Assembly (NCBI RefSeq): GCF_009914755.1
Contig: NC_060933.1
DNA: 64,000 nt
DNA from: the human T2T-CHM13v2.0 reference genome, Homo sapiens
Strand: one strand, 5' to 3'
Below, piece after piece: positions 1 through 12,167 of the stretch. Position numbers and translations under genes: made by a program. The notes under the pieces were generated by a model. That model was not told the origin of the DNA, made no database searches, and worked only from the letters and a program-made list of their open reading frames with translations. Positions within the stretch are counted from its first letter, which is position 1. Each line of letters starts with the position of its first letter.

Positions 1-60
1 CAGGAATGATTAGGGTAGGATGCCATGGTGTACCCATGCGTGAGGGAGAGCCAGTGACAG

Positions 61-778
61 TGATATGGACAGGAGACAGAAGTACTGGGTAGAAAGGGTG
101 GTTTCCCAGCAAAGGCCCCACCCTCAAGCCTGGAGACGTGCAGCTGTAAATAGGGACAGGCATTCCTGTTTTCATCCCCAAAAAGTTGTCTTTTGACCCA
201 CCATGCCCCCTTTCTTGTACCCATGTAAACCCCAAACCCCAGGCTTCAGAGGCAGGCAAGCAGGCTAGGAGACAAGCAGAGGGAGGGCGAAACGACATGG
301 CAGAGAAAAAGAGGAGGAACGTCTGAACCGCGAGAGGAGTTCAGCTGGGGGTGGTCAGAGAAGAGTTCAGTCCCTGGATGGCCAAACTCCAAGGGGAAGA
401 TCATCTTCTCACCCCATCCCCTCTTCCAGCTCCCCATCCAACCCACTGAGAGCCACTGCCACCACTCAATAAAACCCCACATTCATCCTTCAAGCCCGTG
501 TGTGACCCAATTCTTCCAGGACACTGGGCAAGAGCTCGGGATACAGAAAGCTGTCACACCGGCCCTCCGCCTTTGCAGAAAGGCAGAGGGTCCACTGAGC
601 TGGTTAACACTCAAGCCGTGCGCGGATGGCAGAACTATCTGCACACTTGGGCTCCTGCATCTGTCCGTCTGCGTGTTCCCTTTCCCCTCAGGGGTTTGAG
701 CCCCTGCAGCAACCGAAGAGGTGAGCAACACTCCTGTTGCACGTCCTTCCAGGGGGGTCAGGGAACTCTCCTTTTTCA
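61..778 (+). mobile_element. Solo ERV1 LTR (LTR1/LTR28/MER52-related)
   Basis: Starts TGATATGGACAGGAGACAG and ends GGGAACTCTCCTTTTTCA (TG...CA termini), with an internal AATAAA at about 468. Subfamily from recalled consensus. Confidence 0.7.
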
Positions 779-1538
779 CCAGGACAAGCACAGATCTGAA
801 GCAGCAAAGAGCCAGTTGTTTATTACATTGGACAATATCTCACACTATCACTATAACTGTTCTGTGCTTGCAATCTGCTGCATTAAATATTAAACTCTTG
901 CCTCCTAAAGTCAGGAATAATTTATTTAGAATAAAATGAATTATTTAATGAACCACTGTATTTTCAGCTAATTCAAAATAGGAATGAAGGTGTTAAGTGC
1001 TTCTTTGAAGCACATACCCACATTAAACTAACACCTTTCTACAATAAACCAATATTTTTAATAAAGCTCTGTGCCCAGAAAACACTGACCAGAAAAGCAG
1101 GAGCCACTAAAAAATTGGAGCAATTTGAAACAAAGTTAGGAATCCTGTCATTCTTAAAACAAAAAAGTCTCAAACTTTACAGAGAATGTATTCAAATTGC
1201 ATAGTTTACCAAGAACCGAGTTAGAATAAATGATTAAGCACAGAAAAAAAAGGAGAACAATTATATTGTCCTATCATTCAAGTGAGACTAGACTCCCTTT
1301 ATTCAAAATTCAACTTGGTTTTGAATTTTCTCCAGCCTGCTTTATCAGGAGGATGATGTCTCCTTGAACAACTGAAATAGATATGCCTTGAGAAAGGGGA
1401 GAGATACAACTCTCTGGTGGTTGTCAGTAAAGCACCAGAGAGAGAAGAGAAGCAAGTACAGGAATTTCAGCATCTGCTAAGAACATCTAATACATAAGCC
1501 AACATGGCATCTTTAAGACCCAGTACCTTGGAAGGGAC

Positions 1539-1548
1539 AATGACATCA
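1539..1548 (+). promoter_or_regulatory. CRE-like TRBV promoter decamer (AATGACATCA)
   Basis: TGACATCA lies about 90 nt upstream of the TRBV24 ATG, the usual position of the conserved V-beta CRE decamer. Confidence 0.6.
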
Positions 1549-1637
1549 CTTCCTGAATCCTCCTAGTTTTCTATTTCCATGCCCTGCTTCCCTCAACATC
1601 CAGAGCTGGAAACACCTCCATCATTCCTCTTCATGCC

Positions 1638-2120
1638 ATGGCCTCCCTGCTCCTCTTCTGTGTGGCCTTTTGTCTCCTGGGAACAGGTGAGTTTGGAAAA
1701 CAGATGGGGAAATCACTGCCTTAAATTTTCCAGGTTCTGGATTAAGCCTATCCATAGAGATTGCAGCTTGAAGACATTTACCAGTCTCTGTCTTCAGTTT
1801 CTGTCTTATTTCTCCACAGGGTCCATGGATGCTGATGTTATCCAGACCCCAAGGAATAGGATCACAAAGACAGGAAAGAGGATTATGCTGGCATGTTCTC
1901 AGACTAAGGGTCATGATGGAATGTACTGGTATCGACAAGACCCAGGACTGGGGCTACGGTTGATCTATTGCTCCTTTGATGTCAAAATATATAAACAAAA
2001 GAGAGATCTCTGATGGATACAGTGTCTCTTGACAGGAACAGGCTAAATTCTCCCTGTCCCTAGAGCCTGCCACCCCCAACCAGACAGCTTCTAGGTTACT
2101 TCAGTGCCACCAGTGATTTC
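1638..2120 (+). pseudogene. TRBV24OR9-2: T-cell receptor beta variable 24 orphon pseudogene
   Basis: Leader exon 1638-1686 ([16 protein letters not shown]), GT-AG intron 1687-1819, V exon [43 protein letters not shown]. Disabled by a +1 frameshift near 1987, TGA at 2030-2032, an insertion near 2090 and a second-Cys change TGT to AGT. Confidence 0.93.
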
Positions 2121-2159
2121 CACAGTGCTTCTTGGCCACCTGCTCTCTACACAGAAAGA
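2121..2159 (+). promoter_or_regulatory. 23-RSS of TRBV24 orphon
   Basis: CACAGTG heptamer, 23-nt spacer, ACAGAAAGA nonamer. Confidence 0.92.
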
Positions 2160-3645
2160 CAGACACATGGGTGAGTTGTTTGCTCTGAAGGGTACCTGGA
2201 TGTGGTTTGTGGGATGTGGGGTGTTTAGAGCTTTCAGTGGTTTTAGGTAGTGTGAGCTAAGGGCCACTTTGGATCAATGTCCTCAAGCCATGTGATGAAT
2301 CTGAAACCACAGAATCAATCTCCCCTATTTTATTCTTCCTAGGGAGCTAGCCCAATGGTGACCTTTCAGGAGAATGAACTTGAGCATTTGACAGAAGCTC
2401 ATGATTTTCAACAAGAGCATTTCTTATAAGCTCAATACAACGTAGTTTTTATAGTCTCTTTGCCATTATCTCCACCTGCTTTGCAATATCCCACACTTTG
2501 TTCTGTTCCCACAGACAACTCTTTTATCCTGTCTAACCTTTCTCTGCCCCAGTTCTTCCAAGCTCAGCTCCACCATTTAGCTCTATATTTGATTGCCTTT
2601 CTACTAAAAACAAAATAACTAGCTTGTTTTCTAAAACTTCACTGTAAGTAAATTTAATTATCATTAAATCTGACTCAGAAGCTAAAGTTCAAGTATCAGA
2701 GACTGATTTACAAAAGTAATTTTTCATCTACTACCCCACACTTTCATCTCTGCTGAGATTCATTTTAACGTGCAGATGCAGACAGACTTGCAATATTATC
2801 TGGATGTACTGAATTTCAAAAAATAAAATTCCCTGTCCCCAGTATGAGGTCAAAGCTAGGAGCTTGGAGGTGCCTGTTTTCTTTCCAGGCACTGGAATAA
2901 TTCCCTGGTTCCCCTGCCGTGGGAGTTCTTTTAGGAGCCAGGGAGGCCCAGGCACATTGATCAAGGACTGCCAGAGCTTGATGTAAAAGTCTTCCTGAGA
3001 GTCAAGTTGATGTCGTCCTCATGGGTTTTGTCTTCTTGTCCCACAAGCCTCAATTATTTCAGCAAAAGAATCCATGGGACTTGGTGACTGTTCAGAAAGA
3101 AAGAATCCAACTTGTTCCCTTTTCTACCTGTTCTCATGTGAAAAGAATGTTACGCTTAGGGATTCTTTCTCATCTGCTTTCTATTTAAAAAGCAGGTTTC
3201 TCCAGAGTTTTGTTTCCTGCTTTCTATGCACACCTCGTCAAGTCTTATCAGCAATAATTCTTTCCTCATAAGCTATTAACTATCCCAATTAATTGTCTCC
3301 TGGACATTTCTGATAGATTACCCCAGGATTTTTCCTTCTGCCCTCCTTTTTCCTCAGTATACATATTTTTCCTCAACCTTCCCATTCATTGTCATGACAA
3401 CTTCTTTCACAGGTTCCTGCCTGGCAAATTCAACTATCTACTGGACACTTCCAGCTGGATGCTCCACAGGCAATTCAAACTCAGTTTACCCCTGAAATGA
3501 ACTGTCTCTCCATCCTTGCACTTGCCCATTTTGGCCACACACTGTATTTCTATCTCAGTGATTGGAACAGCCATTCTAGGTTCCTCATTTTTGCTATGCC
3601 TCATATTAAATCAGTTTCTAAATCTATTACTTCTATATCCCACAT

Positions 3646-3965
3646 TGTCATGGTTTGTGTTCTCCAAAAGCAGATTTTGAGAGGGAAATTAGTGTGCGGG
3701 AATGTTTGTGGAAACTGCCCTTGCAGTCCACGTGGGCAGAGAGAAATGGGGCAGAGGGAGAAGTTGGGCTGTGCTGTATCCTCAACAAAGTCCTTCACTG
3801 ACCCCACAGGGAGCTCTGAGTCTGGATGGTCCTTTAGCGCCATCCCAAGGTGAGATGGCAGGTCTTATTCCCACTTTCCTTGTAACCATGTCATTGTATG
3901 AGTTGCTCTGAGAAGCACTCATGAATTTAATGGGGAGGAAGTGTCTCTTTAGAACAAGGCCATTC
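3646..3965. mobile_element. Old ERVL/MaLR-type LTR fragment
   Basis: TGTCATGGTTTGTGTTCTCCAAAAGCAGATTTTGAGA resembles the end of LTR16/LTR33-like elements. Highly diverged. Confidence 0.35.
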
Positions 3966-4391
3966 ACAGAGAGATGTCAGCATCACAGTTTCTAATGCAC
4001 ACATATTTGTCTGATTCAGCTACCCCTCTCTCTCCTCATTGCTTCTACCTCAGTGCAGACCCTCATCATCCATTGCCTAGAAATAAATGCAATGCCCTCT
4101 CCCTGGCTTACTAGCTTCTTACCTCTTTCCCTTACCCTATTTCTCACATTGCCACCAGCATGACCATGTACGATGTTCCTTACACAATACACAAAGCCCT
4201 TCAGAAATAGTTCTCAAACTAAACATCTGGCCAAATTGGCCGAATTCACTCCAGCACTTTAGACTCTAGTTCAATTGAACTTTTTATATTTCCCTGAATA
4301 TACCACGCTGAATTGCACAGGTGTACTTTTGCCAAAGCTCTTTCCTTCATCTGAAATGAGCTTCTCTATTCCTTTTTTGTCAAAACTAATT

Positions 4392-5085
4392 TTTTAATTT
4401 CAACTTTTATTACAGATTAAAGGGCACATGTTGTGCAGGTTTGTTACATGGGTAAATTGCGTGAAGCTGAGACTTCAGGTCCCAACGATCCGATCACCCA
4501 GGCCATAAGCATAGAATCCAACAGGTGGTTGTTCAGCCCATGCCCTGCTCCCTCCTTCCCCTGTCTAGTGAGCCCCAGTGTCTATGGTTTCTATCTTTAC
4601 AATCATGCGTATTCCATGTTTAGCTCCCACTTAAAAGTAAGAACATAGTATTTGATTTTCTGTTCTTGCATTAATTGCTTAAGATAATGTCCTCCAGCTC
4701 CATCCATGTTACATAAAGGGAATGATTTTGGTTTTTTTTTTGTTTGTTTTTTTTTTTACGGCTGCATGGTATTCCATGGTGTATATGTACCACATTTTCT
4801 TTATCCAATTCACTGTTGATGGGTGCTTAGGTTGATTCAATGTCCTTGCTATTGTGAATAGTGCTGCAATGAACATAATGGGTACATGTGTCTTTATGAT
4901 AGAATAAATGATTTCCCTTTGGGTATATACCCAGTAGTGGGACTGCTGAGTCAAATGGTAGCTCCATTTTAAGTTCTTTGAGAAATCTCCAAACTGCTTT
5001 ACACAGTGGCTGAACTGGTTTGCATTCCCACCAACAGTGTATAAGTGTTCCCTTTCCTCTGCAGCCTCACCAACATCTATTATTT
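4392..5085 (-). mobile_element. L1 3' fragment (L1PB-like)
   Basis: Reverse-complement L1 3' UTR. ORF 4709-4954 gives the ORF2 C-terminus (MFIAALFTIARTLNQPK...WIKKMWYIYTMEY). Confidence 0.85.
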
Positions 5086-5249
5086 GAAATAAATCTTGAG
5101 TGCCTGGCTAATCCTCACACATCCTTTAATTCTCAGGTCAAAGATTATCTATAACAGTTTTTACAACTTCTGTAGACAAAGACTCAGCTTTTCTCTTGTG
5201 TGTGATAGTTTATGCATTTCAAAGTTATCATAGTTGTTATGTTCCTTCA

Positions 5250-8200
5250 TATTTCTTTTCTTTAGCTTTTATTTTAGGTTCATGGGGACATGTACAGGTT
5301 TGTTAAACAGTTATGTGCAAACTGTGATGATGATCGCATTATTTTATGGTTGCATAGTATTCCATGATGTATATGTACTATATTTTCTTCATCCAGCTTA
5401 CTGTTGGATGAACCTTTAGGTTGATTCCATGTCTTTGCTATTGTGAGTAGTGCTGCAATGAACATCTGTGTGCATGTGTCTTTATGACAGAATGAGTTCT
5501 ATTCTTTTGGGTATATACACAATAATGGGATTGCTGGGTCAAATGGAAGTTCTGTTTTAAGTTCTTTGAGGAATCACCATACTGCTTTCCATGATGGCTG
5601 AACTAATTTACACTCTCACCAGCAGCATAGAAGCAATCCCTTTTCTCAGCAGCCTCGTAAGGATCTGTTATTTTTTGACTTTTGATAATAACCATTCTGA
5701 CTGGTGTGAGATGGTATCTCATTGTAGTTTTGATTTGCATTTCTCTAATGATTAGTGATGTTGAGCATTTTTCATATGCGTGTTGATCACATGTACACCT
5801 TTTGCTGAAAAGTGTCTGTTAATGCCCTTTGCCCACTTTTTCATGGAGTTATCTGTTTTCTGCTTGTAAGTTTAAGTTCCTTATAGATTCTGGATATTAG
5901 ACCTTTGATGCATACACAGTCTGCAAATATTTTCTCCCATTCTGTAGATCATCCATTTACTCTGTTGATAGTTTCGTTTGCTGTGCAGAAGCTCTTTAAT
6001 TCGGTCTCATTTGTCAATTTTTGATTTTGTTGAAATTGCTTTTGGTATCTTCATCATGAAATCTTTGCGAAGTCATATGACTAGGATGATATAATATTTC
6101 CTAGGTTATCTTCCAGGGGCTTTATAGCTTTAGGTTTATATTTAAGTCTTTAATCCATCTTGAGTTGATTTTTGTATATGATATAAGGAAGGGATCCAGT
6201 TCAATCTTTTGCATATGGCAAGCCAGTTATCCCCAGCACCATGTGTTGAATAAAGAGTTCTTTCCCCGTTGCTTGTTCTTGTCAGCTTTGTCAAAGACCA
6301 GATGGCTGTAGGTATGTGGCATTATTTCCTGGCTCTGTATTCTGTTCCATTGGTCTATATCTGTTTTTGTACAGTACCATGCTGTTTTAGTTACTGTACC
6401 CTTGCAGTATAGGTTAAAGTTGGGTAACATGATGCCTCTAGCTTTGTTCGTTTTGCTTAGAATTGCCTTGACTATTCGGGCTCTTTTTTGGTTCCATATG
6501 AATTGTAAAATATTGTTTTTTCTAATTCTGTGAAAAACATCGTTAGGAGTTTGATAGGAATATTAGGTTAATGCAAATGTATTTGCAGTTTTTGCATTGT
6601 TGAAATTTGCCATTTGGTATTGAAATACATTCTTAAGTAAATGTGGTTATGTTATACATCATTTTAATGCACATTTTCACTTTATGCTTTTTGCTAATTA
6701 CTTATTACTTGATACTTATTTGGTATTTATTTTAGACTATCCACATGGTGTTAGACAAAAAGCAGATTAGAGAGATTTTCTTATTTGAGTTCAAAATGGG
6801 TTGTAAAGTGGCAGAGACAACTCGCAACATCAGCAACGAATTTGGCCCAGGAACTGCTAATGAACATACAGTGCAGTGTTGGTTCCAGAAGTTTTGCAAA
6901 GGAGACAAGAGCCCTGAAGATGAGGAGCATAGTGGTGGGCCATCAGAAGTTGACAATCACCAGTTGAGAGCAATCATCGAAACTGATCCTCTTACAACTA
7001 GGCGAGAAGTTGTCAAAGAACTCAAGGTTGACCATTCTACAGTTGTTCAGCATTTGAAACAAATTGGTAAGGTGAAAAAGCTTGATAAGTGGGTGCCTCA
7101 TGAAGTGAGCAAAACTTTTTTTAAATTGTCATTTTAAAGTGTCATCTCTTATTCTATGCAATGAACCGTTTCTTGATCAGATTGTGACATGCAATGAAAA
7201 GTGGATTTTATATGACAACTGCCAACAACCATCTCAATGGTTGGACCGAGAAGTTCCAAAGCACTTCCCAAAGCCAAACTTGCACCAAAAAAAGGTCATG
7301 GTCGCTCTTTGATGGTCTGCTGCCAGTCTGATCCACCACAGCTTTCTGAATCCCGGAAAAACCATTACACTTGAGAAGTATCCTCAGCAAATTGATAAGA
7401 TGCACCAAAAATTGCAATGTCTGCACCTGGCATTGGTCAACAGAAAGGGCCCAATTCTTGTCCATAACAACACCTCACCGCAGGTTGCACAACCAATGCT
7501 TCAAAAGTTGAATAAATTGGGTACAAACTTTTGCCTCATCTACCATATTCACCTGACCTCTCACCAACCAACTACCACTTCTTCAAGCATCTTGTCAACT
7601 TTTTGCAGGGAAAATGCTTCCACAGCCAACAAGATGCAGAAAATACTTTCCAAGAGTTCGTTGAATTCTAAAGCATAGATTTTTATGCTACAGGAATAAA
7701 CAAACTTATTTCTCATTGGCAAAAAATGTGTTGATTGTAATGGTTCCTATTCTGATTAATAAAGATGTGCTTGAGCCTAGTTATAATGATTTAAAATTCA
7801 CCAAAACCACAATTACTTTTGCACCAACCTAATACCATCGAATCTATATTGCTTTGGGCAGTATGGCCATTTTAATGATATTGCTTCTTCCTATCCATGT
7901 GCATAGAATGTTTTTCCATTTGTTTGTGTCGTCTCTGATTTCTTTGAGCAGTGTTTTGTAATTCTTGTTGTAGAGATCTTTCACTTCTCTGGTTAGCTGT
8001 ATTCCTAGATATTTGTTGTGTGTGGCAATTATGAATGGAATTATGTTCCTGACTTGGCTCTTAGCTTGTATGTTTTTAGTGTATTGGAATGCCAATTTCT
8101 TAATGTTGATTTTGTATTTTAAAACTGCTGAAGTTGTTTATCAGATCAAGCAGCTTTAGGGCAGAGACTATGGGGTTTTCTAGATATAGGACCATGATCT

Positions 8201-8341
8201 GCAAATAGGGATAGTTTGACTTCCTCTCTTCCTACATGGATGTCTATTTCTTCCTTCTGCCTGATTGCCCTGACCAGGACTCCCACTACTATGTTGAATA
8301 GGAATGGTGAAAGAGGGTATCTTTGTCTTGTGCTGGTTTTC
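5250..8341 (-). mobile_element. 5'-truncated old L1P element, interrupted by Hsmar1
   Basis: Minus-strand ORF2 fragments ([32 protein letters not shown]). The L1 sequence is contiguous across the mariner insertion. Confidence 0.88.
6563..7832 (+). mobile_element. Full-length Hsmar1 mariner DNA transposon (defective)
   Basis: TA duplication at 6561-62 and 7833-34. ITRs TTAGGTTAATGCAAATGTATTTGCAGTT and AACCACAATTACTTTTGCACCAACCTAA. ORF 6745-7137 (LDKKQIREIFLFEFKMG...KKLDKWVPHE) is the transposase N-terminus, and the rest is frameshifted. Confidence 0.95.
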
Positions 8342-8388
8342 TTTTTATACTGGCTCTTCACAAGGCTATATATTCTTTAGTTAAGAGT

Positions 8389-9121
8389 AGACATCTCGAT
8401 GGACCAGTGACTATCACCCTATTAACCAGTCACAGGAGCACTGCCATGCATTTGGTATTTTAGTTTTCGGGTATGCTATCACATCACAGAAGGCCTGGTT
8501 CCCTCCCCATCACCTGCAGCCGGACTTGTCTTTGATTCCTACCAATCACCTATATTAGCTGTGCCTAAATTCAATATTCCAACTGGGCGTAACCACCCTA
8601 AGGTGCTAATTAATTCATACTTGAAGGACATAACAGTAATTAATAGACAAACACACACAACCGCTCCCCTTATTGGACTTTTAAAATAAAAATCTGCAAT
8701 GCCCCCTCCCCCATCTCTGACTCCATCAACCCAGGAAAAAAGACACCTTGCCAAACTCCAAAAACAAGTAAGCCTTAATTCAACTCTGCCAGACCCCAAA
8801 ATATTTGTATTTTAGCTTTGGTTATCCCCAACAGCTACCCCTCAACTAATGCAAATTTTTTAAAGAAACTAAGCCCCCACCAATGTAATTCTACTTTTAC
8901 AACAATTATATCTAATATGCATGCCCATCCATTACTAAGCCCATACCCTAAATTTACACACCCCAAAAAACCTGTGACTTCGTACTACACCAACCACTCG
9001 CCAGTACTAACATCTACTCCACCAACTCCTGCTAACTCAACTTTAAATCCCTGAACCCTACAACTGTGAATATTGCTTGTATCTTCTTCTATACTCCAAT
9101 TTTGCACTTAACATATATACA
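8389..9121 (+). other. NUMT control-region remnant with CSB1, CSB2 and CSB3-like blocks
   Basis: CSB1-like TAATTAATTCATACTTGAAGGACATAA at 8607-8633, CSB2-like C-tract at about 8698-8713, CSB3-like TGCCAAACTCCAAAAACA at about 8749-8766. Confidence 0.8.
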
Positions 9122-9192
9122 GTTAATGTAGCTTAATTATTTAAAGCAAGACACTGAAAATGTCTAGATGGGCTTATACAGCCCCGTAAACA
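9122..9192 (+). tRNA. mt-tRNA-Phe pseudogene (NUMT)
   Basis: GTTAATGTAGCTTAA...CACTGAAAATG...TAAACA with GAA anticodon, directly before 12S. Confidence 0.88.
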
Positions 9193-10148
9193 GACAGGTT
9201 TGGTCCTGGCCTTTCTATTAACTCTTAGTAAGATTACACATGCAAGCATCCCCATCCCAGTGAAAGTACCCTCTAAATCACCTTGATCAAAAGAAGTAAG
9301 TATCAAGCATGCACAAATGCAGCTCAAAACACTTTGCCCAGCCACACCCCCACGGGAAACAGCAGTGATAGATCTTTAGCAATAAACAAAAGTTTAACTA
9401 AGCTATACTAATATCCAGGGTTGGTTCATTTCATGCCAGCCACCGCGGCCATACAATTAACCTGAGCTAATAGAACTCGGCATAAAGAGTGTTTTAGATC
9501 TATCCTTAACAACGCTAAGCGTCATCTAGGTTGTAAAAAACCCTAGCTGAAATAAAATAAACTACGAAGGAGGCTTTAATACTTCTGAAGACACAATAGC
9601 TGAGACCCAAACTGGGATTATATACCCCCCAATACGCTTAGCCCTAAACTCCAATAGTTAAATCAACAGAACTATTCACCAGAACACTACAAGCAATAGC
9701 TTAAAACTCAAAGGACTTGGCGGTGCTTTATATCCCTCTAGAGGAGCCTGTTCTATAATGGATAAAACCCAATTTGCCTCACCACCTCTTGCTCAGCCTA
9801 TATACCACTGTCTTCAGCAAACCCTAGTAAAGGCTGCAAAGTAAGCACAAGTATCTACGTAAAAATGCTGGGTCAATGTGTAGCCCACGGTGGTAAGAAA
9901 TGGGCTACATTTTCTACACCCAGAAAATCTCACGACAACCCTTATGAAATCTAAGGGCTCAAGGAGGATTTAGCAGTACATTAAGAGCAGAGTGCTTAAT
10001 TGAATGAGGCCATAAAGCACGCACACAATGCCTGTCACCCTCCTCAAATATTACTTTAGAGATTAGTTTAACTAAAACCCCTACTTATTTATATAGAGGA
10101 GACAAGTCGTAACATGGTAAGTGTACTAGAAAGTGCACTTGGATGAAC
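9193..10148 (+). rRNA. mt 12S rRNA pseudogene (NUMT)
   Basis: Conserved motifs AAACTGGGATTA, AAACTCAAAGGACTTGGCGGT and AAGTCGTAACATGGTAAG. Confidence 0.93.
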
Positions 10149-10217
10149 CAAGGTGTAGCTTAACACAAAGCATCTGGCTTACACCCGGAAGATTTCACCA
10201 TAATTTGACCACCTTGA
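10149..10217 (+). tRNA. mt-tRNA-Val pseudogene (NUMT)
   Basis: CAAGGTGTAGCTTAAC...CTTACAC...CCTTGA with TAC anticodon and a CAAGGT/ACCTTG acceptor stem. Confidence 0.88.
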
Positions 10218-11638
10218 GCCAACTCCAGCCCTAAACTTAACTAATAGTACTACTGAATAACCTTAATCAAACCATTTACCCAAACAAAAGTATAGGCGAT
10301 AGAAATTTTACCCTGGCGCAATAGACATAGTACCATAAGGTAAAGATGAAAAAGTTAACCAAGCATAAATAGCAAAAATAGACCCTTATACCTTCTGCAT
10401 AATGAATTAACTAGAAATATCTTTACATAGAGAACCAAAGCCAAGGCCCCTAAAACCAGACGAGCTACCCAAGAACAGCGAAAAGAGCACACCCATCTAT
10501 GTAGTAAAATAGTGGGGAGAATCATGAGCAGCAGTGATACGCCTCCCAAGCCTGGTGATAGCGGTTGTCCAAGATAGAATCTTAGTTCAACTTTAAATTT
10601 ACCTACAGAGCCACTTAATCCCCCTGTAAATTTAACTGTTAGTCTAAAGAGGGACAGCTCTTTAGACATTAGGAAACAACCTTCATGTAGAGAGTAAAAA
10701 ACGTTATCCCCATAGTCGGCCCAAAAGCAGCCATCAATTAACAAAGCATTCAAGATCAACATCCAACCACTCTAAATTCTAATCACACCACTGAACTCCT
10801 AACACCACATTGGACTAATCTATTACTTTATAGAAGCAATAATATTAATATAAGCAACATGAAAATATTCTCCACTGCACAAGCCTACATCAGACCAGAA
10901 TAACCCACTGACAATTAACAGCCTAATATTAATAATCAACCCAACAAATTTATTATTACCTATACTGTTAATCCAACACAGGCATGCTCTAAGGAAAGGT
11001 TAAAAAAGAAAGGGAACTCGGCAAATTTTACCCTGCCTGTTTACCAAAAACATCACCTCTAGCATTATTAGTATTAGAGGCGCTGCCTGCCCAGTGACAT
11101 ATGTTCAACAGCCACAGTACCCTGACCGTGCAAAGGTAGCATAATCACTTGTTCCTTAAATAGGGACTTGTATGAATGGCTCCATGAGGGTTCAGCTGTC
11201 TCTTACTTCCAACCAGTGAAACTGACCTGCCCATGAACAGGCAAACATGAATAAATAAGACGAGAAGACCCTATGGAGCTTTAATTTATTAATGCAAACA
11301 AAGCTCAAATAAGCCCACAGGCCTTAAACTACTGTCCCTGCATTAAAAATTTTGGTTGAGGTGACCTCGGAGCATAATTTAACCTCCGAGCAACCTATGC
11401 TAAGACTAAACAAGTTTACGTGAATTACTATACATATATTGACCCAATAATTTGATCAACGGAACAAGTTACCCTAGAGATAACAGCGCAATCCTATTCT
11501 AGAGTCCATATCGACAATAGGGTTTACGACCTCGATGTTGGATCAGGACATCCTAATGGTGTAGCTGCTGTCAAGGGTTCGTTTGTCCAATGATTAAAGT
11601 CCTACGTGATCTGAGTTCAGACCGGAGCAATCCAGGTC
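10218..11638 (+). rRNA. mt 16S rRNA pseudogene, 3'-truncated (NUMT)
   Basis: Motifs CCTGTTTACCAAAAACAT, GACGAGAAGACCCTATGGAGC and CGACCTCGATGTTGGATCAG. Homology stops about 1.42 kb into 16S. Confidence 0.93.
11176..11250 (+). pseudogene. Humanin-like (MTRNR2L6-like) ORF with a premature stop
   Basis: Translates as MAP*GFSCLLLPTSETDLPMNRQT*, with TGA at codon 4. Confidence 0.85.
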
Positions 11639-12167
11639 TGGTACATGTGTATTTAAGTCCTCCACACCTCCCATCTACAAGTCTCTTTAGAACAAAGAAA
11701 ATATGTTTGGTTAAGAGAAGGCTGGAAAAAGAGGGGGTTTTACTGGACAAAAAATGTATAGAGACTTATGTAGCAATTATTATCTGATATTAATATCTGA
11801 TGGTACTACATGATTGAGAAATAGAGTGAAGTGACATAATCCCAAACATACATGGGAGAATGTTCGGGGAAATCAAAGCTGTTTTCCTAATGGAATCTGA
11901 GTTTTGAAAAAGAAGACATGCAAAGGAGGATGTATACATATGAAAATATATGAAATATTTCTGTTTTAATTGTTAACACACATTTATATACTCATATATT
12001 GAAGTGAGTCTATAATATATTCTAATCAGAATATTTAATAAGTTAAGTTTATGGCTGGAGTCCTAGTTTTAGTATTAGAGGCAAAGAAGCAGAGTTGGAA
12101 GGAGGGGAATGAATTATGCATGCTGTATTTGAGGGTCTTTGGAACTTCCAAATGCTGGTAGAGTACA

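Larger units (their letters stand above)
8389..11638 (+). pseudogene. NUMT: mitochondrial control region, tRNA-Phe, 12S, tRNA-Val and partial 16S
   Basis: Colinear mtDNA homology from GACATCTCGATGGAC...CTATCACCCTATTAACC to GATCTGAGTTCAGACCGGAGCAATCCAGGTC. Confidence 0.96.

Noticed and set aside
246-939. Cluster of overlapping ORFs
   Set aside because: Mostly inside a solo LTR, with no recognisable protein motif.
9122-11638. Functional rRNA and tRNA genes, or mitochondrial contamination
   Set aside because: Diverged, truncated and joined to nuclear repeats, so it is a NUMT.
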